From Podarcis vaucheri (Eukaryota): a DNA stretch of 64,000 nucleotides. The position numbers were made by a program, and so were the translations under genes. This document shows, in pieces, positions 37,672-51,215 of the stretch. Location: NCBI GenBank assembly GCA_965113315.1, contig OZ220374.1; one strand, written 5' to 3'. The notes beneath the pieces were generated by a model. The model was not told where the DNA came from and did no database searches. It saw nothing but the letters and a program-made list of their open reading frames with translations. Position 1 is the first letter of the stretch; the number at the start of each line of letters is the position of its first letter.

Positions 37672-40280
37672 TTTCAAATTCGTGAAGACTTTACAGCATA
37701 GTTGCACTTGGATGCTAACCAATCATTTGAAAAACGATGTCCATTGATTTCAGCGCGCGCTCTCTCTCCCTCCAAGTAATTGTGTCTTGGATCTCGACCT
37801 CAGCTCTGCTCCGCGCCTTCTTTCTTCCGCATGCATTCCACTGCTATGTGTGCAGAAAGAGGCGGGGCAGCCTAGCCCTGTTCCCTAAAATGAAATGTAG
37901 CGTTTTTAGCTCTCCCCAAAGCGTTCAGATTTCCCAGTCCTCGAAGTAACAGATGAAGGCAACGGAGAACCTCCGCGAGGAAGGCGAAATGGGTGGCGAG
38001 GCCGCTGCCTTCCTGTCCATTCGCATTTGCATTTCTCAAAATTCAAGATCTCTGAAGTTCGACCCAAGCAAATCAATTCCAGGTCAGCTTTTTGGTGGGT
38101 TTTTGTTTTGAAAAAGGAGAAATAATAAGCAGAGTTACCAGGACTCCAGTGAAGCAAGCTTGTCTCCTATAAAGCACAGCCTGAAGAATTAGCTCCTCAT
38201 AAATCACCAAGAAGTTACTTTTCTTTAGGAGAAAAACCCCCCCCACATATTCACTATCCATGCAATACGCACCGGAGTTAATAGTTCAACGGCAGATTTC
38301 ACATTAACTTGATCGTTAAAACTAATACAGACCTACACAGCAAAGGGCCCTTTCCTTTTTTAAAAATAAGGAAAGGAAAGGGGGAAAGGATGTACTCATA
38401 GATGGCGTTAAGGCGTGTAAGTTGAATCTGCACCCCAGAGTTATGATTTATGGCTTTGTAGTTTCTATTTGGTAAAGTCATCTTTCTGCTTCTGACTCAA
38501 AGCAGTCGATAACGTTTTACTCGAGATTCAGGAAGATTCGCTGTGGCTCCCTCCCCCATCTGCTCCATTATCCATTAATTTTGGCTGCATTGTTGCTGAA
38601 GATCTTCTGAAGGCCTCTTTTGACTGCGTTGAAGGCACTTTAGTTTAAATGCCTAGGAATCCATCTCTTGGATAAGGGTGCTCCCTGTTTAAAGTTTAGC
38701 ATTTGTCAGTGGAACTATTAGTGATGGAAGTGTCTATGACTATTCTACAAGTTTCCCTCGAATACTCCCCTCACTTTCTTTTTTAAGGTTGCTTGTGGCC
38801 TAAGCTCTTCAGGTTCTAGTCCTATCAAGCGGTGTGATTTGGTTCCATTAAAGGCTATGTTCCGGGAAGGAAAATGTATAAAGGTAGCTTCGAAGTAATA
38901 TATCTTTGGGTATTCTGCCACTGAGTTCAGTGGGAAGAAAGAAAGAAAGTTGCTTTCAGAAGAACTCTGAACTTATGAAAACTCTGAGCCTAGAGAGCTT
39001 CTGGGTGAAAAGGGGAGCTTTTTGTGTGCGCGCAGAAATCTCCGCATTTCCACTTAACACGGTTGTGGAAGGAGATGAAGGTTACTAGTGCGGTTAAATC
39101 CACCAACCTCTTAAAAGTTAAGTTGCAGTCAAAGGAAGAGGACGGATCATAATTTGATCAGAAGGCTGGCAGACGATACATTTCATCTGCTCACACATAG
39201 TAAATGGGGTTCTCTCCCCGCCCCAAGCCCTAATGCAAGTGATGAAAGAAATAGAATACAGTGAAACTTGCTTTGGAGTTGGTTGGAGGAACAGCTGAGA
39301 GGGATGTTACATAGGAAACCGGGCAAGAAATTCAGAACCACCATCGGTAAAGTGGGCCCGTAGTGCATTTAAGGTAGAAACGACGTTTGCCTTGTAAGAC
39401 ATGGTCACTTTGTTAGAGCACTATGTAGCTTGTGGAAACTGAACAGAAAGAAAAAGAGAGCTTTTAGATCTGCATGCAAATGAAAGATTAATTCATTTCT
39501 GAGGCTCACTCCAGGGACCTGTGTGAGATCTCTCTCCCCCCCCCTCATTTCTTGCTTGCTTTTTCTTTTTCTTTTTTAAACCCTCCCTCTCCGGACAGTT
39601 AGATCATTATTCCGCGCTAAATATTTCATCGTTCCAGAACCCTATAATTTTGTACATCACTCAAGTACTTGCATAGGAAATGCGTAAGCGCAGGTTGAAA
39701 GAGAAGGTCCCAACAGAGTTTGCAAAATGTAGATCCACCACAAAGCCAGCAGACGCCTTCCTCCTCGTCGTCGTCCTCCTCCTAGGGTGTTAACAAGTAT
39801 AGAAGCCCACCATCTCTATACCAGAGGATCCTTGGGCCTTTTGTCAGGTAATTACGGGTCTTTGGGGTTCCTACAAGGGCTCTGCTGTAACGTGGGTGTT
39901 CAGCAAGCTCCATTCAATAGAAGTACAGAGGAGCCCGTGGGATGGCGGATACCCCCCCTTTAATACTGAAGGGCTTTTCCTTATGGAAATAGTGGCAGAA
40001 GTTCATCTCGGATGGATCCAGCTGCCCTTTTTCCTCTAAGGGTCAGCGGAGAGTTTCTCCTTCAGAACGAGGCCAGTTGGTTAGCCTCAAAAAGTTATGG
40101 GTAATCACATGAGAGAGGGGGGGAATTGTTGATTCTTCCTATCTTCTGTCTGAAACGTATATAGAAAAACATTCGTGGGAGGAGTGGGATAAAAAATAAA
40201 AGATAATCTGTGCCCCCCCCCCTTCTTGGCTAAAGCGTAAGGAGGGGTGAGAGAAGAAACAGAAAAGAAAGGAGGAGAAA

Positions 40281-40323
<43 letters not shown>

Positions 40324-40359
40324 GAGGCTTGCGCTTCCAACCCTTGTTCCTTCAGTGAT

Positions 40360-40716
40360 TCCCTATTTCAAATAAAAGGATTTAAGTTGACGTATGACCA
40401 CGTGAGCACATAATACAGCGCATTATTGTGGCATTTGGAGTGGAGACCCGGACTGGCTTCGCCCGTGATTACGTTTTTTCCGTTTCTGTTCAGAGCAAGA
40501 ACTGCTTTCTATTATCCACCATCAGCGCCGCCGCCGCCGCCGCCGCCACCGCCGCCTCCCCCCCCCCAAACTACCAACCCACCCGCTCACCCTCGGAGAG
40601 AGAGCTTCCACTTGGGCTACGGCGCTCGGTCCTTATGGAAAGGTTATCGCCGGACTCTTAGGACGCGATGCTTCGTTTAAAAAAAAAGAGAGGATGGATT
40701 TTATTTTAAGGTATTT
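40360..40716 (+). promoter_or_regulatory. Probable HOXA3 alternative promoter and non-coding exon
   Basis: E-box GACCACGTGA at about 40397, CATAATA, (GCC)7 at 40527-40547, donor-like AAG|GTATTT at 40710/40711, local CpG enrichment. Confidence 0.45.
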
Positions 40717-43660
40717 CCGCCGATTGTTCCTTTACCGCGGGTGACTTATGGCTGGGCGAGGCAAAGGTCAGGAGAAAAAGCTTAAGGGTGTATATGGACA
40801 CCAGGCAAGTCTCGTTTCCCCCTTTGTTTCCCTGGGCTTGTGGAAGGGGGGCGAGAGAGAGAGCTTTGCAACAAACAGATTAGATAATATTTCCCCCCCC
40901 AATAGGTTTTGGATTTCTGCGTGTTCTTGTGGCTGGGCTTTGTTGTGGCTTTTTGTTGTGGTCTGGATGCTTTAGTGGCCGTTGTTATTTAAATCGCCCA
41001 ACAGAAGCAGGAGAGGACAGAGTCAAGGCTTTAGCTTGTCCTGTTTATTATATACCTCTGATGCTGATTTAAGTGTGTTTTGGGAAGCGTCACGCNNNNN
41101 NNNNNNNNNNNNNNNNNNNNNNNNNNNNNNNNNNNNNNNNNNNNNNNNNNNNNNNNNNNNNNNNNNNNNNNNNNNNNNNNNNNNNNNNNNNNNNNNNNNN
41201 NNNNNNNNNNNNNNNNNNNNNNNNNNNNNNNNNNNNNNNNNNNNNNNNNNNNNNGATGAGTATGCAATTCTGCTACCATTTTATTTATGCCGCTTACTGG
41301 TATTTTGTTGACTGGTGGCCCACTGAACGCGCGACTGGTGGGATCTTCACCATTCCAGGAGAAAGAAACCAGGCGGTTTTCCCGCTCTCCCTGCTCAATT
41401 TTCAAGCTGTTTCCCTGTCTTCTCTCTCTGTGAGAATGGAATAAAAGCATCCATCCATACCCCATAATAATCAATGGGAATATTGGAGCGGGGAGGGGGG
41501 GGGAGAGCTGTGGTTGAGAGCAAGGATCTGGAAAGGAAAAGAAGGCGCTTGAACCTATTTTTCTCTCCAAAAGCTTTACATTCGCAGTTAGATTTCCTTT
41601 ACCTCTCACCAAGTCTTAACCAGCTATTCATTCAGTTTTATGGAGGGAGATGCACCGCAAATAAGGGGGAGGGGGAATGAAAGCACTGCTTGTGTTATAC
41701 AAGGGGACAAATGTTATATAAAATTACATCCACCACTGAGTCCCAGCATTGCTAAAGGTCAGAGTGCTGACTTTTGATTTATGTTGCCAGTGGGCTAGGG
41801 GCAGAGCGCTCGCCTACACGCTGCTGCTGCGCCTCCTCCCTCTCCCTTCTTAATGCCCAGTTGCAATTATTCAATTCAGGGTTAGATTTTAGAATTGGGG
41901 GTTAAGGAGCAAAAGCTTCTTTTTCTTCTGTTATAAATAAAACTCCCTTATCTAAAACATGATGGTTCTTTAATTCTAGAATGTGTCTTGCGGATATTGT
42001 GTATTTCCCCCCCTTCCCTGATCTGTTCACCGACCAGATCCTAAATTAATAAATGAAAAGCAAGCGGATCCAAATTGCCCAGGCATCTCTTTACACGTAT
42101 GCACTTCTATACACTCTTTCAGATAGATATGAAAGAGGTGGGGAAACTTTATTTTTTCTTTGTGGGGAGGGGGGGAGGGGAATTAGATTTCAAATAGGCC
42201 GAAACCTCTTTGGGAAAATATATAAATAAAATGTAAGTTTTAATTGTGGCTCAATTACTTTGTCACGGTTTCTTATGATTTATGACCTAGTTCTGGTGCA
42301 TTTTGACCCAGTTAAAAGAGTCATAAATAATAGGAGTGCTGAACCTGATATGAAAAAGGGCTTTCGTGCACAAGTGTTGGAAAGTAAGTAAATAATAATA
42401 ATAATAACAATAATAAAGATTCCGGTAAAAATCCTCAGTATATATATATGCTGAGTAAATACAAAACGAAGTGTCAATAGCGGTTGTATGGGGTTTGATA
42501 AGATAAACAATGATAAGAGACCGAAGAGGCTTCTTCTGTCTAAGGTTGGAAGCGATACACTTCTGGGATTGAGATCCTAAACACCCTTACCGGGAAGCAA
42601 ATGCCATAAAAAGCCAATGGTACTTACTTCCAAGTAACCAAGCTGAGGTTCGGCGTATTAAGCGTCTCAGATTTGCATTTTATCAAGATTCTGTACCAAA
42701 CAAGCCTCTCTCCCTGCAATTAAATCAGTTGAGTAGTTCTTCTCGGTGCCTTCTTGCAGTATAGTTATTCCGGAGTTCTGAATAATTTTCTCTTCCCAGG
42801 AGATATATATATATATTTATATTTTCTTTCGCAATGCATTCCGAAATCTTTGGGCTATTTGCCGAAATGATCGACGAAACTCCCCTGGATTTTCTACCCA
42901 GAGAAGAGAAAATGTTCGTTTACAAACTTCAGCTCCTGGTTCAAAATGTAGTGTAGTATCTGTTTGTTGGTTTGTTTGTTTTTTTCCGGTGAGCAGCCCA
43001 CCCCCAGGTTGCAGAAAGGATTTTCAGGGGAGGGAGGGGCACCCTGAGATATTCATTTATTCCCCAGTATAATCCAGTTAACTGGAAACATATTTATGCC
43101 GCTTGACTCCCAATGGCATAAATCCAAACATCGTGGCTTCTTAGACGGGGGAGTGTCAGGCAACTGCAGCTATATAAAATAAAATTAAGATTTATTTATT
43201 TTTAAATGATCAGGCTGGATAGAGAAAAGATACAAAGCCTACAACAGAATTCGGGGTGGGGGGGTAATTTCACTTATTAAATTAAATAACCTATTTTATT
43301 TAAATATTCAGGGCTTAGAAATCCACCCCCGCTTCCAACCACAGATCCTTTATCTGATTTACCTCTAAGGTGAAATATGTTATCTCTGCATCACAACATT
43401 GCTCGCCACAAAATTAGCCTAAAGTAATTCCGAAGTGTGACAGAGCGCTCCCACCTCGCCATCGCTGCTGGGAATCCCAAGACTGCCTTTGTGGCAAGTG
43501 GGGTGCGCGCGCGGTGGATACCCGGACCGTCTTCTGTCATTTGTTCCGGAGAGGGGTTCTCTCTCTGCCACCCGCCTTGCTCCCCACGCAAATCCTCCCC
43601 CAGTTTCTTAGCCGGCATCTTGCTCTCCTTTTTTTGGTGGCTTAAAAAAAAAGGAAAAGT

Positions 43661-43932
43661 GTAGCATCAGCAGTTTTCAGAAGAAAAGTACGAGGTTGAT
43701 TATTGACCAAAAGAGGCGTTTTCTCTCCCAGCGCAACTTTCAAGGGGTTGTTTGTAGCAAAAAACTGCCTACCAGTGAATTTTTTGGGGGGCCCTCCTAC
43801 GCCGCTCAGCTTTCCCCTTTCAAGTTGGGAGCCGCCGCGATCTGCTACGAGGAGCAAGTGTTTTCTGTTGTGAAGCTCTGTTTACAGCTTGGGCGCACGG
43901 AGTCATAAATCTTGCCTAGCCATAAATGACAA
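43661..43932. promoter_or_regulatory. Hoxa3 rhombomere 5/6 enhancer: kreisler/MafB site plus Hox-Pbx and Prep/Meis autoregulatory sites
   Basis: Half-MARE with AT-rich flank (minus strand AAAACTGCTGATGC, 43664-43677), TGATTATTGAC 43697-43707, TCATAAATCT 43903-43912, TGACAA 43927-43932. Order matches the known amniote Hoxa3 enhancer. Confidence 0.7.
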
Positions 43933-45975
43933 AAACCATTGGTATGCGTAAGAGGCCACCCTGGCCTTAGAGTCCTTGTGTGTGCATGTGTTTAAATATC
44001 CTCTTTCTTCCCCTCCTTTTGCTTTGTTTCTGCTTTAAGGTGACATTGCGGTTTAAAGGGAGCCCTTTGTATTTCTCGCACCTTGGGTTTTATCGAAGGC
44101 ATGTCAGATTCACACCTAGGCTTTATCCGAGTGCACCGCGGAAGGTCTGAAGCGCCGAGCGGCTCCTTTGTGTTGCCTTGATGCTCTCCGTAGGTCCAGC
44201 TTGGTTTTGTTTTTTTGTTTTGTTTTTGGAACCCAGAAGCATTCTGCCGGCTAAACCTCGCGACATTTGGTTTGGTGGTTGGAATGGAATAAAGAAATGG
44301 TTAGGAGAAGGGAGACTAGGATAAAGACTAAGGGGGGGGGGCGGCGGAACAGAACTGAAGTTCACAGAACCAAACATCCACGCCCATCAGCATGCAACCA
44401 CAACATTACATATGTCTGTGTGCGTATTTTTATAAATACACACGGAGAGGTGTGTCTTTATGGATGAAAAGACTTTCGTGCTAGCCTCTCTGAACGCATT
44501 TACAGAGGTCCTCCAGGCACACCTAGGCTTCAGAAAGTCTAGGAGCCCCTCCGAATTATTTAGAACCCGAGTCCCATTTGTTTCTGCCGCGGAAGGATGC
44601 GCAGCTTCCCCATTCGATCCTAACGATGTTTGCTCGCCAGCAAACCCCGTCGATTTCAATTCGATCGGCTTTCACCTAAGCACCCTTTAGGAGTAGGTTT
44701 GCCTGTCTCAGTTCCATTGATCTGAACAGAGACAAACATGCCAGCAATTCGGTTCTACAGTAACTGGGAACGGAGTCTTTATGGGAGTGACAGCCAATTT
44801 GCGCGGAATTCAGTGGCAAAAAAGAAATCGTCCCTCGGCTTGTTTGTGTACCACGGTCGCGTGGGTATCCCGCATCCAGTCGCGCGCGTTAATGTAAGCC
44901 TAGGGGAAGGGCATGTGTGTGTGTAGATGCGTCCTTACATGGGCATCTGGCTGCGGTTGCCTATCTCGGGTGAGCGCGCCCGTTCATCATCCCGAAATGT
45001 CATTACTTTAATCGTTCCTTTGAAACGCTGTCTAGATTGGCCTGGGTGGTAGACAGACCAGAGGGCTCCTGGTTTATTACAATGGGGAGCATCCGAGCCT
45101 TGCAGGAGTTCCAGGTTTCGACCCCTTCTGAACGTCCAAAAGAGTCCATATCTACCATAAGCACCTTCATATAACGTGGAAATACGCGCGCGCGCACATA
45201 TATATCAACAATCCGGCCTAGGGAGGGTGACCCCTTTGTGAGCATCCTTTGTCTTCATTTGCATAATTTCCCTGGCCTTCAGTGCCGCCCCGGCGCTTCC
45301 CTCCCTCCCTCATTCTTCGCCCTCCCTCCCTCCCTTCCCGCTCCCCACCCCCCACTCTGCTCGCCTGCCTGCCCCGGACTTCCCGAGGCAGCTGCCTTAC
45401 CCCCCCTTCAAACAAACGCCCCCTTGGGCGCACAAAGATTTCAGAAGAAACATCTCTGCTGCTTTTTTTTTTTTCCTGTAGAAAATCTGGTCAAGGTGGG
45501 AGAAGCCGGGCTCCCGTAGCCTGGGGAGGCTCTCGATCGCGGCCAGGCCCCGAGGAGCGTGGGGAGGTGGAGGTAGGGGCTGGAGCGAAGTAAAGGCTCG
45601 CGCGGGGCGAGGAGGGGCGGGTGGCTCTCCGTCAGAGGCGAGCTGGAGAAAGATCCCCTTGCGCGCGTGCCCTCTTCCTGATCAAGGCAGGGCTGCTCCC
45701 ATCTGTACTCGTGGGCTCGTCCTGGTGGAGATGAGTTGAGCTGGGACCCATCCCGGAGAAGCTGAGGGGACTTGCTTGGGGAGGGGGACTCGCGAGGTGG
45801 AGTGGGGGGGCAGTGGATTGAGGAGAAGAGTCGTGCTCCCAGGGCTGGCGGGGAGCGACTGTCGCCGAGCCTCCAAAGAGCAAAATGCGGGCTTCCGCCT
45901 CAGTCGTCAGAAGTTAAGGTAAGCAGGCCACAAATACGCTGCTATCAGTGGTGAATGGCGGAGTTTATGTCCTGG

Positions 45976-46019
45976 TGATTTATGACCAGAGACTTAAATC
46001 TCGGTTCAAGAAGAGTTCA
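45976..46019 (+). promoter_or_regulatory. DR5 RARE upstream of HOXA3 with adjacent Pbx-Hox site
   Basis: GGTTCA agaag AGTTCA at 46003-46019 (the conserved group-3 RARE) and TGATTTATGA at 45976-45985, in a CpG-rich region. Confidence 0.85.
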
Positions 46020-46589
46020 CAGGCTGGAGCTTCCTTCTAGGCAGTGACGGATAGACCCTGGTGCTTCGAGTTCAGGCCACTTGCCCACCCCCTCCCCTCC
46101 ACTTTCCCTTTATCTGGCAGGAAATCTTGGGGCGAAGGGAAGGTGGGTGAGAGGGGGTGCCCGCCTGGATTGAGAGCAGGGTGAAGGGAAAAGACGGGAG
46201 CGCGAGAAAGAAACAGCTCCAGATTGGTCGCCGCAGCTCGCTCCACGAGCCAGTTGAGGAGGATTGAAACTTTTAGGCCAGTTCAGTCTCCCTGTTTTCC
46301 AACCAGGACTGTATCGGCTCATGTCTAGGCAACCTGCCTTTTTCTGAGCTGCGGATCGAGGCGTGGAAGGGAGGAGGGTTTTTTGTTGTTGTTGTTGTTT
46401 TTTAAAAAAATCTGAGTGTGGGGTGGGAGAAGCAATAGGGAGACTTCCCTAACCAAGCAAAAGTTTCCACCAAAGCTTCCTAGTGTTTCTAAGGAGCTAG
46501 GAAAGTCCAAATTGATGAGGATATTTTATTTGCAAGGGCCGGTCTAGTCTTCTTGCTCACCCCTTGGGACACTTTTGGATCCTAAGATA

Positions 46590-46745
46590 GTACAATCCTG
46601 CGCACATTTCTTCCTGGGAAGGGAGTCCAACCGAATAGAGTGGGACTTACTTCCCGGTTAAATAGACATTGGGTCGCCCTATAGGGCAGCGAGAGTAAAC
46701 TCCATGGAACTTACTTTGGAGTAAGCTCATGTAAGACTGGGCTGC
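46590..46745. mobile_element. One near-complete and one partial copy of the ~90-bp MITE-like family
   Basis: CAATCCTGCGCACATTTCTTCCTGGGAAGGGAGTCCAACCGAATAGAGTGGGACTTACTTCCCGG, followed by GAGTAAACTCCATGGAACTTACTTTGGAGTAAG. Confidence 0.5.
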
Positions 46746-49421
46746 GTATGATCCCATGATAAGCAATCAAGTTTTTATGAAGTCTGCTGGCCAAGTCACT
46801 GGGTTGCGTGACAAACTTCTGCGCGGCCTAATTTTGCTTGTAACTTGTTCCTCCCCGCCAGTTTCCTTTTGTCTATCATCTGTGCATCATCAGCAGCAAT
46901 AGGCAAATGATATGAAGGGTGCATTTTACTTTGAATTGATAAGACAGTATAAGATGTGATCCAGAGTCATGCCCTTTCGTGGAAGTTTTGCCCATGATTT
47001 CAACCGGAGTTGTTTATTAGCACCGCTCCTTTCATTGTTTGAGAATACTTAGGTTTACCTTTGCTCAGAGTCGGCTGCTGACATTAAGGATGAGAATTGC
47101 CTTATTCCTCTCACTTCACACTCTCTTTGGCACCATCCTCCACCTGAGCTGGTTCTCGCCTCTCTGCCAAAGCTTACAAGAACAAAACTTAAATGCCTGG
47201 GACGTCGTGGAAATATTATGAATTTGATCAAACGGGAATCACGATCATAACAGACCCCACCACCTAATTTGTGGTTCACAGAAGATAACAGGCCTCTGCA
47301 AAGGAAGCCCGGAAATTAGCAGAATGATTAGAAGACAGATAGCAACAGTAGGATCTACAATCAAGGCTTTTTGTTTTTGTTTGTTAGGTATTTTAGGTTT
47401 AAGTCGATTCACTCTCAAACTGGAGGGAATCAGTTTATGGCTGGATTGTGTTCCGGGGCTACAGTTTCTAAACTGCAGCCGAAGAAAGTTAATTGCCTAC
47501 ATTTTTAGCTCTTAACCGCCGGGTTCAGAAAGGACTTGATTACTGTTTAAATAATAATAAGAATCAAAAGGCAGCTGCCATCTGTAAGGGGTTTATTAAA
47601 TTAGTTTGTCTCTACAATGTGCCTTGTTTTCTAAGGAAACGAGTGTGGACTGAAATGCTAACACATGTAATGAATTTGAGTGGGTGGCTAGGGTGCTGTG
47701 TAATGTTTTCTTCAAGAATATAAGCCTTGGCACAAGACCATCTTGGCGGAGAAGAGGGAACCGAGGGTGTTTTGTAAGAAGATGGGGAGAGGGAAGCTAT
47801 TAAGGTGCGGATAGAGGGGTTTTGATATCGGGGTTTGGCCCGCCTGTTAAAAAAAAAAAGTTCTTAGATGGCAGATAAAATTCCTGGGAATGGAAGCCCA
47901 ACTCCAACCTCGGTTGTACTCATGCAGGTAAACATTGTGGAGTGAACAGAAAAAGATTCGCCTGGGTTGTAGGAGCCTTCTGCGGTTTTGTGTGTCCATT
48001 CTCCTTTTCCCAGCCAAATGACCCTCATACATCAAATTACATAGCAGTTCCAAAGACAGAGCCTATTATCGTTAAGTTGGTAGGAAAGTTCAATCCGTGG
48101 TCATGGAGATGAACGCTGGTTTTTCAGGTTCCTGGTGTGTGTCTTTCCCCCAATCCATCATGTTTGAGCAGGTAGAATTTGGGTATATTACATGAAGGGG
48201 TTTGGGGGAGGGGGAAGTGAAGATACTGAATGATAATATTTTAAAAGTTCATATGTGCCTAATATACCCCCGAAATAGTTATTAGCTGTTCCCGCGGAAC
48301 GCAATGGACAGAAATAATATACAGTATAGGCCCGAGGGTGCGAAGGAAACTTCCCACAAAAGCAGGTCTAGCTGAAAGGCCGCCTCGGATTATTATGTTT
48401 GGTTACATGTTGAGGCTGTTTGATCCTGGAGGCCAGATTTGTGTCTCTGTCTAAAGGCGCAGCAGTTAAAGCTAATTTATGCGCAGGAAGTTGGCTGGTT
48501 ATTAAACTGCGAAGGAGAAGGGTTTCCCTCGTCGCTGTGCTGTTTCATCACACGAGGGCCATTATGGGTTGCATTTGTCAAACGTTTCCTAGCAAACAGT
48601 TCATGTGTTCGAATCCCTCGAGTGCCAGAACGTTGAGTAGCCCTTCACGGGGAATGCGATACAGTTATTTATGGGTCTTCTAGCTTTCCCTTTTCTTTTT
48701 TCCTTAAAAAAAATGCAATTCAAAATGATGTTTGCTTAATAATAAAAAAGGAGGGGGGAGCAAAAAAAAAGTATAAAGAGGAAAGAGCTACGGATTTGCT
48801 CATTATTTGGGGGGTGGGGGTGGGGAGAAAATATCACTTTCCCACGGTGACCACAAGTTTACTCTGGTCGTTCTTATCTAGAGACTCTCCCTTTAAATAA
48901 CCTACGAAGTCTCTTTCCTGAGAATTGATAAATTGGTTCTTAGAGTAAGTGTGNNNNNNNNNNNNNNNNNNNNNNNNNNNNNNNNNNNNNNNNNNNNNNN
49001 NNNNNNNNNNNNNNNNNNNNNNNNNNNNNNNNNNNNNNNNNNNNNNNNNNNNNNNNNNNNNNNNNNNNNNNNNNNNNNNNNNNNNNNNNNNNNAACTACA
49101 CACTCCCGGAGCAGTAAAGCACACAGTACCGGCTGCCTAGTAAATCCCAGCCACTATCGAAATTCTCTTCGCCCTCCAGGCCAAGTCATGCTGCTAAATA
49201 TTGCTGACCACTTTTTCTGTTATGGCTTTCATGTCACTTAGCTATTGAAAGTAAGATGGATTTGTACTATTTCTTCACTCTCCTGTGCTTTCCCTACACC
49301 CTAGGTCTACCAGGACGGGCCATTGGAGGAAAAACGTCACGTGACAGAGGGGTGCCAATGTTATTCTTTAAGGGTGTCAAGACCCTGTCAGTTTGTGAAA
49401 TAAATATTGGGAAACAACGAA

Positions 49422-49923
49422 ATGCAAAAAGCGACCTACTACGACAGCTCTGCGATCTATGGCGGCTATCCTTACCAAGGAGCAAATGGTTTCGCTTACA
49501 ATGCTAGTCAGCAGCAATATCCTCCTCCGCCTCCTTCTTCCTCGCTGGTGGAAACGGAGTACCATCGACCGGCCTGCTCTTTACAGTCCCCCGGAGGCGG
49601 CGGCGGCGGCAGCGGCAGCACCACCGTGTCCCACCACAAGGCCAATGAAATCAATGAGAGTTGTATGAGGACCATCACCAGCCAGTCTCTCCAGCCCCCG
49701 GTCCTTTCAGAGCAGCCTCAGCAGCAGCCTCCAGCCCCCCAGCAAGCACCACCACCTCCACCCCCCTCTGTGTCACCACCTCAGAATGCCACCACTAATT
49801 CCGCCCCGCCTAGCGCCACCAAGAGCTCCATCTTGAACTCGCCCACCATGTCCAAGCAAATATTCCCCTGGATGAAAGAGTCTCGACAAAACACCAAGCA
49901 GAAAAACAGCGGCTCCAGTTCAG
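49422..49923 (+). CDS. HOXA3: Homeobox protein Hox-A3, first coding exon (join 49422..49923,52798..53561; 421 aa)
   Basis: [19 protein letters not shown], hexapeptide [13 protein letters not shown], donor G|GTATGG at 49923/49924. Upstream acceptor ccctag| at 49304 for non-coding exons. Confidence 0.97.
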
Positions 49924-51215
49924 GTATGGCAAAAGGAGGAGGGCTAGTAGAGATTAACCGAGCGGATGTACTTACAGGCAGCCCCATCCACCAAGCCGTT
50001 AAGCAGAAGTTATTCAGATACTTGACTTCTAGGTGTTTCATTAGTCTTGCAGGAATGGTTTAGCTTCCCCACTCCCCAGCTATTTCACTTGGAAATTGGA
50101 AACACACACAATGGCTTGAGATNNNNNNNNNNNNNNNNNNNNNNNNNNNNNNNNNNNNNNNNNNNNNNNNNNNNNNNNNNNNNNNNNNNNNNNNNNNNNN
50201 NNNNNNNNNNNNNNNNNNNNNNNNNNNNNNNNNNNNNNNNNNNNNNNNNNNCAAAAGATAGATATGCAAATGCATACATACATACAGCTACATGTGCACA
50301 TATTTAGGTAGGGGTGTGTGTGCGCGCGTGCGTGCGTGTGCGTGCACACACACACACATCCAAAGAGGCTGATCTCCAGAAAGAGGAGGACGCCTGAAGT
50401 TTGGTTGCTTTGCATGACCTCTGTTAAACTCTTGCAAAAGAATGTGAAGTTGCTTAGCTTCCAAGCTCTTCTCTTTGCAGACTTTGAGATGACTGTAACA
50501 GGCACCTCTGAGTCCTCAACATTCCATAGACAACCCGCCCCCTCCTTCTTTCTGCTTCTATTAAATCATGTCCAGATACAAAGGTCCAGGCCTATCTTCA
50601 ACCAGTGGCAAGACCTGTGTGCTTCTCTCTCTCTCTCTCTCTCTCTCCCTCTTTCTGTTTCTTTTCTTTTTTGGCACAGTGCTACAGTCACAAGACAGTG
50701 ACCTATCCCTGCTGAAGTGTAATGAGAATAAAATAGCTCATCATTATCTGCAGTCAAGATCAATGCTTTGTTTGATATTCATAACCTCTTTTGATTTTAG
50801 CGCACAGACTGGCAACCTTACAAGCGCGGTAAACAAAGCTTAGGTTTCTTTAGCACTTTGCAGGCAGGTCCATAAATACATTATGGGTGGATTATAGTGT
50901 TTATCAACAGTGCTATTACATAAGTAAACCCAAATCGATGAGAAAAGTATTAGCGTCAGTCTCCCCAGGCATTTGGCTCCTGTTTACCACTTACTTCCTC
51001 AATTTATCTTGTGCTGTGAAAATAGATTCTAAAATTTTTGCAAATGTTTTCTTCGATGCATTTCTAATACTGTTACAGTGGTGTATCAACACTGACAAGC
51101 CTGCTTATTTGATATGTACTGTGGTTTAAACTGTATATTTATCTACATGCATATTATATCATCTAGGACCCTGGCTCTGATCCATAAACCCCGGGCAGTC
51201 AAAGTACTAAGGGTG

